A stretch of DNA of 63,147 bases, the filler included, from Klebsormidium nitens (Eukaryota > Plantae > Klebsormidiophyceae): assembly GCA_000708835.1 (NCBI GenBank). It is 6 parts of 6 records of this genome, joined end to end, with 100 filler letters (N's around TTAATTAATTAA, not from the genome) between each part and the next. Parts side by side here need not be neighbours in the genome. Positions count along the whole stretch, not along the records: positions 42,580 to 48,442 come from DF238447.1; positions 48,543 to 56,533 come from DF238264.1; positions 56,634 to 60,270 come from DF238560.1; 3 more parts are not named here. One strand, 5' to 3'. Below, piece by piece: positions 47,276-58,760 of the stretch (its first letter is position 1; each line of letters starts with the position of its first letter). The translations under genes and the position numbers were made by a program. A model generated the notes under the pieces. It worked only from the letters and a program-made list of their open reading frames with translations, was not told the DNA's origin and did no database searches.

Positions 47276-47916
47276 GTGAGGTTCTTCGATCGCTCTATTT
47301 CTTGAGCTGGTCCCCTTTTTCTGTTTGCTGCCGGCTTGATTGAGCTACCGTGTCGGTCGGCGTGTCGCAACAAGCTCTCAATTTCATAGTGCAAGACTAT
47401 TCATGAGGAGATTGTTCCCGCGGTCCCTGCCCTCTTTTGAGCTCGAAGAACTGTCTCTACGTCAGTCGTGAAGCTACAAGCTTCTAGCTCGAAGAGTTTG
47501 AGGTTTTCTTGCACGGTCGATTTTCGGTGTCCGTCAGAATTCACTGACGGGGCCTCCGTTTAACTTGCGCACTAGCATCGCATATGAGCTGATTAAGCTG
47601 ATGAGATGGACAAATGCACGCGAGCACTACCTTTTTGCGCGCGCCGACGAGCCCGAGAGGAAAAAAAAGGGTTTCTTCTAGCTCGCCAGCCTCTATATTG
47701 CGCTTATACCCTCCCGGGCTTTCCAGATTCCGAGGCCTTTGTCTTTTTGTTTTCCTTTGTCTTCCGAGACCTTTGTCTTCCTCGCAGATGCTACTTTAGA
47801 GCCTCACAGGCCACCGGTCTGTTTTGCTGCCCGACTCCGCCAACCAAAGTGTATCTGTTTTTCGAAGAGCGATTAATTGGGGCTGCATGCACTGTATCTT
47901 TTTTCGTTGAAGCTAG

Positions 47917-48097
47917 CACTATAAATCGTTTCGCGGTTTAAGATCGTATGCTGAGGCCAATTTGATCTCAAAAACTCAGCTTTTGAGATCAAACCGGTCT
48001 GTCACAAAGTTTAAGACCAAAATAGCCTAAAAAGCTTTATGGTTTCAAGATCAAAATGGCCTCGCAACGATCTTAAACCAGGCTTTCATTTATAGTG
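47917..48097. mobile_element. Small inverted-repeat element with CACTA...TAGTG ends (non-autonomous, CACTA-like)
   Basis: CACTATAAAT (47917) pairs with ATTTATAGTG (48097). Subterminal arms GGTTTAAGATCG...GAGGCCA.TTTGATCT pair at 47935-47969 and 48048-48079. Internal 13-bp hairpin TTTGATCTCAAAA/TTTTGAGATCAAA. No matching 3-bp TSD (TAG vs ATA). Confidence 0.55.
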
Positions 48098-48551
48098 ATA
48101 AGACACTACTGTAATAGATCCTTAAACCCGACCTTTTACTGTTCCTCGCAGGTGCTACCTGTTCGGAGCCCCAGAAGACTCCACCGGTCTGTTTTGCTGC
48201 CCAAGTCCCCACTCCCAATGCTGCAGCCCAGCCCCGGGTGTGACGTTTGCCCTAAAGCCTCAGCTATAAAGCGGCAATACGATCAGAGAACGAAGCGGAA
48301 ACTCTGTCGCCTATGCAGCAGCCATGGAAAACCTGGAAGCGCCCTCTTGCAGAAACCAGAGTTCTGTGTTATATGCTGAGTTTCGCTTCCCCTTCCCCTT
48401 TAGGTGCCAGCCCGCAGACCGGACTTACCCTGACTGGGTACTNNNNNNNNNNNNNNNNNNNNNNNNNNNNNNNNNNNNNNNNNNNNTTAATTAATTAANN
48501 NNNNNNNNNNNNNNNNNNNNNNNNNNNNNNNNNNNNNNNNNNCCCGGCGAC

Positions 48552-48944
48552 ATGAACACATGCATACTAGCCGAGGACCCCAAGCAATGCCAATTCGTCA
48601 TCAGCAGTCACAAAACACTCAACAAGGTTGGTATACGAAAGCTGCAGATACCTGAGACACTAGTCAATGTTATACTACGGAGTTTCAATCTCTTTCCGAG
48701 GTACTACTTGGTTATGAAACGGTACTATCTCGGCTTTAAGGATCAACCGATCACCAATTTCACCCCTGTGTTGAACGACCTTGGGCAGCGGTATTTCAAC
48801 AAAAATCTCTCTTGCACATTGCTAAGACATATATCTCACACGGAGAACTTGCCAAATACCCGAGCAGAGCATCGTGCTAAAGCAGAGTATATGGGTCATT
48901 CTCTGCATACTGCACAGGAGTTGTACGAACGTAGATACAAATGA
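48552..48944 (+). CDS. Tyrosine recombinase, C-terminal catalytic part (5' end lost in the gap); virophage/Polinton-like-virus type
   Basis: Intronless, lower GC than host exons. ISSHKTLNKVG, SCTLLRHI (HxxR-box equivalent), MGHS and the nucleophile region TAQELY. The frame is open back to the gap at 48542. Confidence 0.8.
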   Translation: MNTCILAEDPKQCQFVISSHKTLNKVGIRKLQIPETLVNVILRSFNLFPRYYLVMKRYYLGFKDQPITNFTPVLNDLGQRYFNKNLSCTLLRHISHTENLPNTRAEHRAKAEYMGHSLHTAQELYERRYK

Positions 48945-49144
48945 GAGGCGGCAAACATCGGGCCAGTTGTGTAGAAGCTTGACATTCCCATAGACAATAT
49001 GATCGGATGTTTGCAAGGCGAATGCTCTTGAACCTGCGTTGATGCGTTTGAAAACGAGTGTTTTTTTTAATCGATAGAATTTGTAGTTAGATAAAAACTG
49101 ATCATAAATCGTAGCCCCAACTAATCTTTCTCTCTCGATTCTAC

Positions 49145-51615
49145 TTAGCTGATAGAATTTGAGGAAGGAGGAGGTGGCCTGAATCCAACATTGGTCCACC
49201 CTGCATCCCATTGAACGTCGTTCACTTCAAAACGTATCTTTCTCAATCGCTCCGTGAGCTCGATCCGGTTAGGAAAACATAGGCCTCTACCTTGAATGCT
49301 CTTCTGGTTTTTTTGATCCGCTCCCAAGATGAGTGTTTTTTTTAGCGTCTTGATCAGCACATCTTTGCTCGTAGGTGGATCTTCCTTGATTTGTTGGTCA
49401 GCAAGGAACGTCAGGTAGGTGGCAAAAATGACATGGCTCAGAACGAATGTCTCTTCCGTTTCGGAAAACCAACCATTCTGAAGAAGACCACTGATCATCT
49501 TTGCCCAAACGGGGATAGAATGTTCTCTCAATTCACAGCCCCACTCACTCGTCGGTATGTCTTTAGCGTTCCAAGCCTCGATATCTCTGGATTGTAGGAA
49601 CCAGTAAAAGTGCTTTGCAGCCTCGCTTGTGAGGCTTCCCCATAGCTTGTTGAAGTACTGTTGATCTCCGATGCGATGATCCGATGCCTCAAAACAACCA
49701 TATCTGCAGCACGTTGCCTCCTTTTTGATTGGCCAATTCTCGTTGGTATTGAACCAATAGTTTGCTAGATCAGGAACCTGAATGGGGTCGAGACCTTTCA
49801 TTTCAATGATGCTCGTATCCTGTGTAATGAGGCTTTTTAGACGATTGTTGGATTTGTAGGCACCACCCCATGAACTAACTTCGTCGAAGCATACTAGGAG
49901 GAGATTAGCTGAAATTCCGTTGAACTTGCCGATGACTTTGTCCATGTCGTTGCAATAGAGGTAGTGCGAAGCGCCGATGACTTGTTTTCCGACAAAATCG
50001 GTAACCAGCGACTTCCCGGCTCCCTGAGATGATCAAAAAACGAGTGCGGTTCCAATCTTTTTTCCGGTTTTTGAATAATATGAGCCAACCAATTCAATAT
50101 GTAGTCGTTCACAATTGACTCCTTGTTCGCGAGGACCTCGTATATGTGTTGGAGTAATGGATCTATGGCATCATGATCTACGGGCGAAAGCGGCTTACAA
50201 GCGAGCGGGAATCCATGAAAGAGGTTGTACTCGTCACTGGAGCACGGTAGCGCACCGCTCAACGGCTTGAAAACGATCCGTTGATGGGTCTTTCGACGAG
50301 AGGATTTGCACCACAGTTTTCCGAGGTTCTCCACATTCTTCCCCATGGTCAGGTTGAAAGATTCGCATCTATCAATGAATTCGTTTCGAGTGCGGTATAT
50401 GCTTTCAAATGGAGTTGCAGTTTCCTCTTTGTTATAAACCGTTTCGATGAACATCGTCTTCGAGCTTCCATCTATGACACAGAAGTAATAATTCATTGTT
50501 TCAAAAGCAAGGCGTATGAGTTGATCAAAGTCCTTGCGGATCTGTTTCGGATCCGTACATTCTTCCACATGGAATCTTGCAATGATCCTAGCCGCTTTCT
50601 CAAACACAAAAAAATCAAAACGATGTTTTCTTGTGAGTAACTCGGGCCAATGGCAGATACCGAGGAACGATCTGGGAGTCTGAACACACTCGGATGAGAG
50701 GCAACGATACATCAAAAGGACTCCATCACTAATCACACCGAAGTTGTTGCTGACATGCTTCTTCTGATTGACGCACTTTCTGGATCCTGCCACTCTGAAC
50801 TTCATGATGGCTTCCCCATTGCAAAACTTTGTACCAGTGTATCGGCTGGTGCGATCGTTGCACTTCGACTGTAACAGGCCTTTCGTGTGTTGAACAATTG
50901 ATGAAGTGCGTTCATTCTCTAACAACAGGGTACCTTCTTTTTCCGTATGTAACCTGGTTGATATCGGCCTTGCGATTTTATCAGGAGGAGGTTCGCCTAC
51001 ACCGGCATTCAGAATGTCGATCAACCATGGTGGCACCGGTGCGAGCTCGATTTCCGATGGTGCTGTAATCCATTCATATGAGTTGATTTCACCATTCCGT
51101 TCGAACGCACTAGGAGGTGCGAATATGATTCCATTGCCTCGATAGTCTATCGTCGTCTTCTTCCCATCGATCACCAATTTTGTAGTGTCCGTTTTCCTCT
51201 TCAATCCGGGTGTCTTTGCGTCGAAGTAATAGTGCCATCCACCACTTTGCGACTCGGCCTTCCAAGTCATAGGCTCGCCATTTTTTTCGATTTTCGATAA
51301 CCAAAGCTTCATGCCGTCCACGATATCAGGATCCCCGTTTGCTTTTGAGAAATCCACATCTACGACGACGATGCTGTTCAGACCTTCTCTTCCACAACAG
51401 AGAGCTATCGAATTTCTAGAGGCAACACCGCGAACCTCGTTTTCATGCTCTGCCCAAGTTGCTTCTGATACGATAACTGCATACTTTGAGCAACACCAGT
51501 TACGTGCCTTTTTAGTGCAACTGGTAGGGTCCCAACTCAATTCCAGAGTGAGAGGGAGCAGATGTGAACGCCGGTAGTCGTCGATAGCCGTGGTCAGATC
51601 TTTCGTTCGAGACAT
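49145..51615 (-). pseudogene. AEP primase-polymerase fused to a D5-like SF3 helicase; disrupted by a frameshift and a nonsense codon
   Basis: N-terminal Prim-Pol motifs IVVVDVD, SQSGGWHYYF, IDYRGNG...IFAPPS, YEW. Pre-helicase YNLFHGF and YILNWLAHIIQKPEK. After a +1 slip in the A-run near 50060 the frame reads IGTALVF*SSQGAGKS (Walker A; TGA near 50032), then CFDEV (Walker B), LKSLIT and NYWFNTN (motif C), plus a C-terminal winged-helix-like region. Confidence 0.88.
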
Positions 51616-51718
51616 GGGTCGAGAGTATCACGTGTGCGGCGCCTTTGTTTTAGGCCTAAGGAAACTTTCTTTTCAAACGAAACGCGTTCGGTGAACATGC
51701 CCGCTGACAACAGAACCA

Positions 51719-52015
51719 TCAAGCTATTTTCGAAGGGCATAAAGGACCAACCAACGCATGAACGTCATCGCTTGAGGTTGCGAGACGATTGCATGTAACA
51801 CTCTTCTCGATCAACTGTGCGTCTATTAACTTTATCATAGTACTTGCCCAGACGTTTTTACCTTGCTCAAATCGATGGAGAGCCTTTCTCAAACATACGG
51901 CATCTTTGTTTGAGTCGTAGTATCGTTTCGACCACTTACGAAACAGCTCTGGATGCTCATTTCGATAGTCGTGCTCGTGCCGGCGCCTGCGTTCGATGGC
52001 AGATTCAGATGGCAT
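51719..52015 (-). CDS. Small basic hypothetical protein (98 aa) upstream of the primase
   Basis: MPSESAIERRRRHEHDYRNEHPELFRKWSKRYYDSNKDAVCLRK...; intronless and co-oriented with the primase. The R/K/Y-rich helix resembles small viral proteins (inference). Confidence 0.5.
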   Translation of the reverse strand: MPSESAIERRRRHEHDYRNEHPELFRKWSKRYYDSNKDAVCLRKALHRFEQGKNVWASTMIKLIDAQLIEKSVTCNRLATSSDDVHALVGPLCPSKIA

Positions 52016-52031
52016 TCTGCAGAGAGCCACT

Positions 52032-52364
52032 CTATTACGAATTGGCACTACATAAAGTTTTTTGCAATTTGGACGAATGAACCGTACCACCTGTACCACC
52101 TCGAACGAGCAATTTCTACCGTTTTGATTTGTAGGTGACTGCGTTTTTCTATTACGCATTGGCACTACATAAAGTATATATGTACCATCGAACCACCTGT
52201 ACCACCTCAAACGATGAAGTTCTACCGTTTCCTTTTTTAAGTTTTGGTTTTTGAGAGCACTTGGAATTCGATGGTACGGTGGTACGGTGGTACGTAAAGA
52301 CTTTATGCAGTGAACTTTGCTAGTATATATTGTATATAATATATTAGGTGGTACACGGTGGTAC
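52032..52364. promoter_or_regulatory. Putative replication origin or element end: convergent 8-bp iterons, 117-bp direct repeat and an AT-rich patch
   Basis: GTACCACC at 52084, 52093 and 52199. Inverse GGTGGTAC at 52278, 52286, 52347 and 52357. A/T-rich TAGTATATATTGTATATAATATATTA at 52321-52346. Direct repeat 52032-52125 / 52149-52231. Confidence 0.5.
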
Positions 52365-52517
52365 AAAGAAAGGGTTCTTCCCTTCCACGTATAACATCAC
52401 GAAAAAACATGATTGTACCCCGAAAGCATCAGAAAAAGCAAAGAGAGCATTGAGATCCCTTTTCCAGCTCAATTGACGGCTGTATTTTACCCAAAGTTGC
52501 TAAGCTCAGTCGATAAC

Positions 52518-55500
52518 TTACGCATTAATTACAAGGAAACGGACGGCCTCCGTCCACAAATCAGCTCTGCCGGCTATCAGGATCTTCGCATCGTCCACCC
52601 GTGTGAGCTCTGAGTTTCGTCCGCTGATAAGATTAGCTAATATTACCATGAAGGCTTCTAGTCCGGAGTACCACCCGAGAGTCTTAAATCTAACCAAGAA
52701 GGAATTACAGCTCTCGACCGCAGAAGTGTTGACCCAGCGCACCGCGTCGTAGTAATCTGATACAGAAGACGGAAATAGGTTAGCCTGGTAAATGCTCACA
52801 GCGATTGCGGTTGGCATGCAGAGTCAGCAATAACAAGCCACATCTTTCAACGAGACAACGCAAAGCCCATGTGCATGCTCTAGAGTCAATCGAGCGTCTT
52901 GCTTTAGTGTTGGAAGGCTTACCGGGGTTGAAGGATGGTCCGCACTTGTGGGCCTCTGCTCCTGTGCGTTGGAAGTGGAATCTGAGACCAAACACGGTGA
53001 CCGTTAGATTTCGATCTTATGAAGCGCCCTTTTTTCGGAGCCAGATATACATCTTCCAAAAACAGGTTGGGGGGCCAGTGGGGGGCACCCTATGCAACAT
53101 GTCAAGGGACAGCGGGTATGTCAAAAGCACATGAGAGCCAGTGCGGCTTGATTGCAGAAGCTGCAGGGCCGAGTCGAAGCTCTTCATCAAATCCATAAAG
53201 GTCAAATGGTCTCACCTGTCGACGAGGAACCGAACGTCGGCGAAGAAAGCCGGTTCACGCCTCATGCAATACGACTGCAGCTTGCACGCGTTGTCGTAGA
53301 ACATGTACCGGGGGAGGTTCCGTCGATCCAGTCGAGTGTACAACACGGTGAAGGGGTCTCGAGGTGACTCGCCCCGGAGCATGGCGTGAAAGCCGTAGAT
53401 GACCCTATGTGGGCAGCAGAAGACGAACCCGCCCTTGGTGTGGTTTTGCAATCGCTTCGCGGACTTCGACCCCCCCTTGGAGGCCACCTCCGCATCAAAC
53501 CTGCCCACCGTTAGCCCGCTCTTACAACGATGCTCTTCGCTGCCCTCAATGGACCGGCCTAGCTCGTCCTCAAAGGGCTTGTATTGAGGGAGCGGGCGCT
53601 TCTGTTCCCACCCCGGCAGAGGGTAGCAACCGAGCACACGCTGCTCCTTGCAGAAGGAGTGCTCTAAGGGAAGGGCTCCGCATGATTCACCGTCCGGATT
53701 CAGACCCAGCCGCTCGTTCAAGAGCTCTGCCTCAGGTACGTTGAGCGGGTACAACGCCGTAGAGGGCGCTGTCAAGTTCTCGACACCGGGGAGCATGGCA
53801 TTCGCTCGCGTCTCCCAGAACTCGACGGCCTGCAGGCGTTCTGCGGTGCGGGTCCACGGGCGCTCCACGAAGTCGCGTGCTGCCGAGACGCAGTTGTCGA
53901 GGCCCTCGATAGCGGACAACGGCCATCCGGCTCGTCCCACCCCGAGTCCGACAGCACCTCGGCCGAAGAGGGTCAGCCGATAGAGATGGTGCAACGCTGG
54001 GGTGAAACACCTCGGAAACATGAACCCGAAGTGGTCCAGCAACCGCCCGAGGATGGGGGCGTGCTGAGCGAGAATCGCCTTATCTTCCAGGTTGGCAACT
54101 CCCCCCAAGAGTAGCTTCCGGACCACGGCCAGAGCCCGCTGATGCTGTATGAGGTTGCTGTCGTCTGAGACGGACTGCGGCGTGCCTAAGCCATAGAGTA
54201 GCTCCGCCCACTTTGCGGGGCATCGCGGTGGTCGTAGAGGGGAAGCTCGCGGGGCCTCTCTGTCTCGATCCCCGCTAGGAGCGCCAGCATGGCACGGTTC
54301 TTTGATCGAATCTGTGCAAACTGGTCGAGGAGAAGGCGGCGCCGCTCGTAGAAAAGCACTGGGTCGGCCTCTTCGTCGACGGGGTTCGGCACAAACTCTG
54401 GGGCGACCTGCACGTCCTCGCGGTCGAGTGCGGCCTGCGACATGGAGATGAGGCGGCTAAAGACAGGAGAGTCTCCTTGAAGGTAGATGGCCTACTACAA
54501 AAATGTCTTCATCAACAACGCAGACAACGCAGACATCCTTGATGACCTTCTGGGATGTTCAATTGAATCCTGGTTTGGGGGCTTGAGATTGTGTACAAGT
54601 GTCCAAGGTTTGGCAAAATAAATTGTGTTTGAGGTTGCTGACGTCATCACACAGGATCCCGAAATTTGTTTCATAAAAGCTTGGACAACTGGACAGCCAT
54701 CTCACCAGCAATTCATCGAACTCCACGTTGCTCAGCTTGGCTCCTAGATCGGGGTCGTCAGGATGATGCTGGCTAAAGCGCGCAATCAATGCACGCAACT
54801 CTGGTTGGTGCACCAAACGCCGCTTCAAGCCAGCCCCACCCAAGGCCGCAGCACAGAAGTTGACCCCCGGCTCCATCAGCTTCACAACATTCACCCCCTT
54901 GGCATCTTGACTCGGCGCCGTAAATGGCCGCAACTGCGCAGCGCTGGACCCAGCCAGCCCTCCCTTCTGCCGCCCGCCGTCGGCACAAGCCAGCACCGCG
55001 ATGCCGTCGCAGAGAAGTACCTCCGGGTGGGGTCCGCAGATGCTACAACATTCGAGAATGGAGCGTCCACAGAGCTTGAAGAAGCCGAGACTCGCCCTCC
55101 GCCAGGTCTCGCTGGACAGAGGCTTGGCGCTAGGTGAGTAGAACTGGCGGACGGCGTTCTTAGCCTCGATAAGGGCGTTACAAGCAGAGCCAGTGCCTTG
55201 CACGCATCGCAGCAGGAGTTGGCAAGCCGCTTGTGTGACGATGACGCTTCTAGTCCAGGCGTACAAACCCAAGGCCTCTCCGTTAAAGTGGACCGTGTGC
55301 TTCTCCGAGCACTTGCAACAGTAGATGCGGACTTTCACCTGCACGCAAAAATCCATAAATAGAGTACTATCATTTGGAGAAGCATACAGGGAGAGCTTTG
55401 CCGCCTTTAGTCAATCTGGTACTTACGACATGGTGAATGTAATGCTGCACGGATGTGCACGTCGGCCGGTAAGGCATGGGCCGACTACAAACGGTTGGCT

Positions 55501-56533
55501 AGTACGAAGGATTATTTGGTCTCATTGGTCCAATATATGGGATTTCCACCGTTTATTCTATCAGGTATGGCCCTAATCTTTGCCACAGCCTTGTCTAGGT
55601 TTTGCGAGAGTATTGCATAAAAGTAAACGACATGGTGTAGTCCAGATCTCAAAGATGAACAGAGTGGCTGCTCTTCAAATGTTTCCAAGACAAGGTATCG
55701 TACTTCAACCATTGAAGGGAATGTCCGTCAGACAGCACAGCACGCCACTCACCTCCTGCGACCAGTCCAGAGAGTAGATGTGAGACGTCTGCATCAAGCT
55801 TGACCAGCCCGTCGCACAGGGGGGCGGCTCTTTGGGGCAAGGGGCACACAATCCCGCCATCCTACTCAGTTCCTCGAAATCTCGCGCAGCCAGCTGGCTG
55901 ACTCTCATTGGCTGCTTCAGCAGAGTAACGGGGGGGTCATGGACGGCCAACCCGTCTGTCGGGCGCACGAGCTTTGGAGTCTCTACCTGGACAGCCTCTG
56001 CACCCATCAGCATGACAATTGCAACACGTGCGGGCTCAACATGAAGGCACGCCGTTGAAGGGCAAATGCAACTGCCGCATACACGGATAACATCTGGCCC
56101 TTGCCCCCCGGCCGAGCATGCTGACGGCCCACCCTCTCCAAGGTCCACCACATCATTGCAAGTTGCTTCCAGCAGTGGCTGAGCGGCCCAGTAGGTTTTA
56201 GACCTCCGTTTCACCCCCCGTTGTGCAGACCCTGTGACGAAGCCGCCGTTCTCAGTCTCAGCTCGCGGACGCTTCCCAGTTGCGCTGCTATTCGCAGGAC
56301 TACAACACCGGCCTTCGCAGGGCTCCCTTTCAAGACCCACCCCACCGAACAGCGAGAGATGCTGCTTGCAAAAGCAGTTAGCACCTTTGCAGACTGCATC
56401 GTGCCTCTCCCCGGCCACAAGACCGAGGAGATAACGCTCCTCATCCGTGAGGGCCTCCATCTCTTCCTGGTGACCGGCTTCGCCGTCTGCACAACTCTCT
56501 TCACCGGCTTGCGGGGGAGTGGGACCGGTGTGC
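52518..56533 (-). mobile_element. KDZ (Kyakuja-Dileera-Zisupton) transposase gene with Cys clusters, intron-containing; 5' end in the gap
   Basis: Exons ~56533-55753, 55338-54706, 54491-53214 (frameshift or short intron near 54220), ~52985-52925, ~52768-52518. Motifs CCKC...HFNGEALGLY, CSICGPHPEVLLCDG, FCCPHRVIYGFH...GESPRD, YDNACKL..YC..REP, VDRFH...H.C...F, NTSAVESCNSFL. Confidence 0.85.
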
Positions 56534-56825
56534 NNNNNNNNNNNNNNNNNNNNNNNNNNNNNNNNNNNNNNNNNNNNTTAATTAATTAANNNNNNNNNNN
56601 NNNNNNNNNNNNNNNNNNNNNNNNNNNNNNNNNGCTTATCGGACGGTTCCCAGGCGCGCGGTGCACGTGGGTCTTATCGGACGGTCACGCGGTGAAGCAG
56701 TAACCTGGACACGTGGCGTGTAGTGAATCAATATATCAAATAAGTCGATAGCGTATAATAACGGACGATGCGCGGCCGCGAGTTCAGCGCGCAGCCGGGA
56801 GTCGGTGCGCAGTCGTGCCGTTACA

Positions 56826-58760
56826 AAAAGGGTGGCGGCAGCTTACGTGACACGAATCCCCTTCTAAGAATCTGAGCAAAAGAACCGGCTCCCCGATCAG
56901 GCCACCGACCACCTCTCTTGCCTCTCCCCCGTTCACAAAAGCTGATTAACCAAACCCGTTGCCTTTCACGAATCACAACACGAGCTTACCTGCCAGCCTC
57001 GGGCGGTTTGCGTTTACTTTGTGGACCCGGTTGAGGGGCCGCTCCTTCGACCGCACTCTCAGTTCTGCGGATGGAAGCGACAAAAGGAATAAAGGGAAGG
57101 GAGAGGAGGCCGCCCATAAGGCAATTGGGTCATAAGAATTGTGTCGTCAAGCTGTAAAGCGCAGGTCGTTCTTGCTCCTGAACAGCAAGCGACCATGGCG
57201 CAGCAAAAGAACCAGACGCGAAAAAAATTCCTGCATCGACCAAGACCCCAAACATAGTGGCGTCATCTTGCGTAACCACTAAGATTTTGATCAGAAGAAC
57301 CGGCTCCCCGATCAGGCCACCGACCACCTCTATTGCTTCTCCCCCGTTCACAAGAACTGGCTAACCAAACCCGTTGCATTTCATGAATCACGACACGAGC
57401 TTACCTGCCAGTCTCCCGAGGTTTCCGTTTGCTGTGTTGACCCAGTTGAGGGGCCGCTCCTTCGACCGCACTCTCAGTGCTGCGGATGGAAGCGACAAAC
57501 GTAAGAGAGGGTGGGGGAGAGGAGGCCGCCCATAACGCACGTGGGTCATGAGAGTTGTGTCTTGAAGCTGTAAAGCGCAAGTCGTTCTTATCCCTTAGCT
57601 TCAAAAGTTTATGGTGCGACAAAATCGCCAGACGCGAAACAAGTTCCTGAATCGACCAAGTCCTGAAAAGGGTGGCGGCATCTTACGTGACACGAATCCC
57701 CTTCTAAGAATCTGAGCAAAAGAACCAGCTACCCGATCAGGCCACCGACCACCTCTCTTGCCTCTCCCCCGGTCAAAAGAACTGGCTAACCGATCCTCTC
57801 CTCCAAGAAAATGAGAAGTCCCCGGAAAAACACCCGACGAGCTCAAAAGAACCGCTTTAATGATGGAGTTTCTGAATAGTCCTTGCTCTGAAGCTTCCGT
57901 TTGCAAAGAGCAATGGCCGACGGAAATCGAGCACAGATTGCAGCAAAACTTCAACGCGTTTGGAAGGTTTGACAGTCACATGAGTGACTTCGATGGCTTA
58001 TGTGGGGGGAGTTGTCTAGAGCGCTTTGGGCGGGGCTCCGCCGGAGTAGTGACCTGTTCGGCGACACTGCACACACAATCGCGGAGAATAGGCAAGAGGA
58101 AGACGAACAGATCGACCGGTGAAAATTTTGTGCATGCTTTTCGGACGAGCTTAGGGAGGATGTAAAGTTGCACTTCATAATTCACGACACGAGCTTACCT
58201 GCCAGTCTCCGGAGCTTTACGTTTGTCATGTTGACCCGGTTGAGGGGCCGCTCCCCCGACCGCAGTCACAGTCCTGCCGGTTGAAGCGACAAAAGTGAGA
58301 GAGGGAAGCGAGTGGAGCCGTCAATATGGCAATTGTTTCAGTTGAGTTGTGTCTACAAGCTGTTAGGCGCAAATTGTGTTCACCTCTGGTCTGTAAGCGT
58401 CCATGGCGTGGCAAAAGAACCTAGCCCAACATATTATGAATCGACCTCGACTTCGAGAAAGGTGGCGTCATCTTCCGTGCTAGGAATTCTCTCTAAAATA
58501 CTGAGCAAAAGAACCGGCTCGACGATCATGCCACCGACCACCTCTCTGGCCTCTCCTCCGGTCACAATAATTGGCTCACCGATCCCGTCCCCCAACAGAT
58601 TGAGAGAAACCCCGAAAAACACCCGACGAGCAAAAGAACCGCTTCAATGAAGGAGTTTCTGAAATCGTCTGGTCAGGCTCTAAAGCCTCCGTTTGTCAAG
58701 AGCGATGATCAACGGAAAGCAAGCACAGATTGCAGCGAAAGTTGAACGCGTTTGAATGGC
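56826..58760. repeat. Degenerate tandem array, ~415-bp unit with a higher-order ~790-bp duplication
   Basis: Anchor CCGACCACCTCT at 56905, 57320, 57745 and 58534. Anchor GAGCTTACCTGCCAG at 56982, 57397 and 58191. A variant tail (AAAAACACCCGACGAG...GCACAGATTGCAGC) follows the third and fourth copies. Confidence 0.9.

Larger units (their letters stand above)
48543..52400. mobile_element. Integrated recombinase + primase-helicase element (PLV/virophage/transpoviron-like), at least 3.9 kb
   Basis: Contiguous, intronless, AT-richer block with convergent YR and primase-helicase genes. The left end is lost in the gap and the right end abuts the 3' flank of the KDZ gene. Confidence 0.75.

Noticed and set aside
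45249-47279. 676-aa ORF with PRPLL repeats in the ORF track
   Set aside because: The wrong-frame reading results from the 1-nt deletion at 45680/81. The true repeat is PTTPx and the true exon starts at 45298.
48822-49211. Minus-strand 129-aa ORF between helicase and recombinase
   Set aside because: It overlaps both neighbouring genes, has no independent start after the helicase stop, and shows no motif.
52016-52366. N-terminal extension of the 215-aa ORF 51719-52366
   Set aside because: It runs through the direct repeats and iterons and translates as duplicated non-protein-like text. The ATG at 52015 is the more plausible start.
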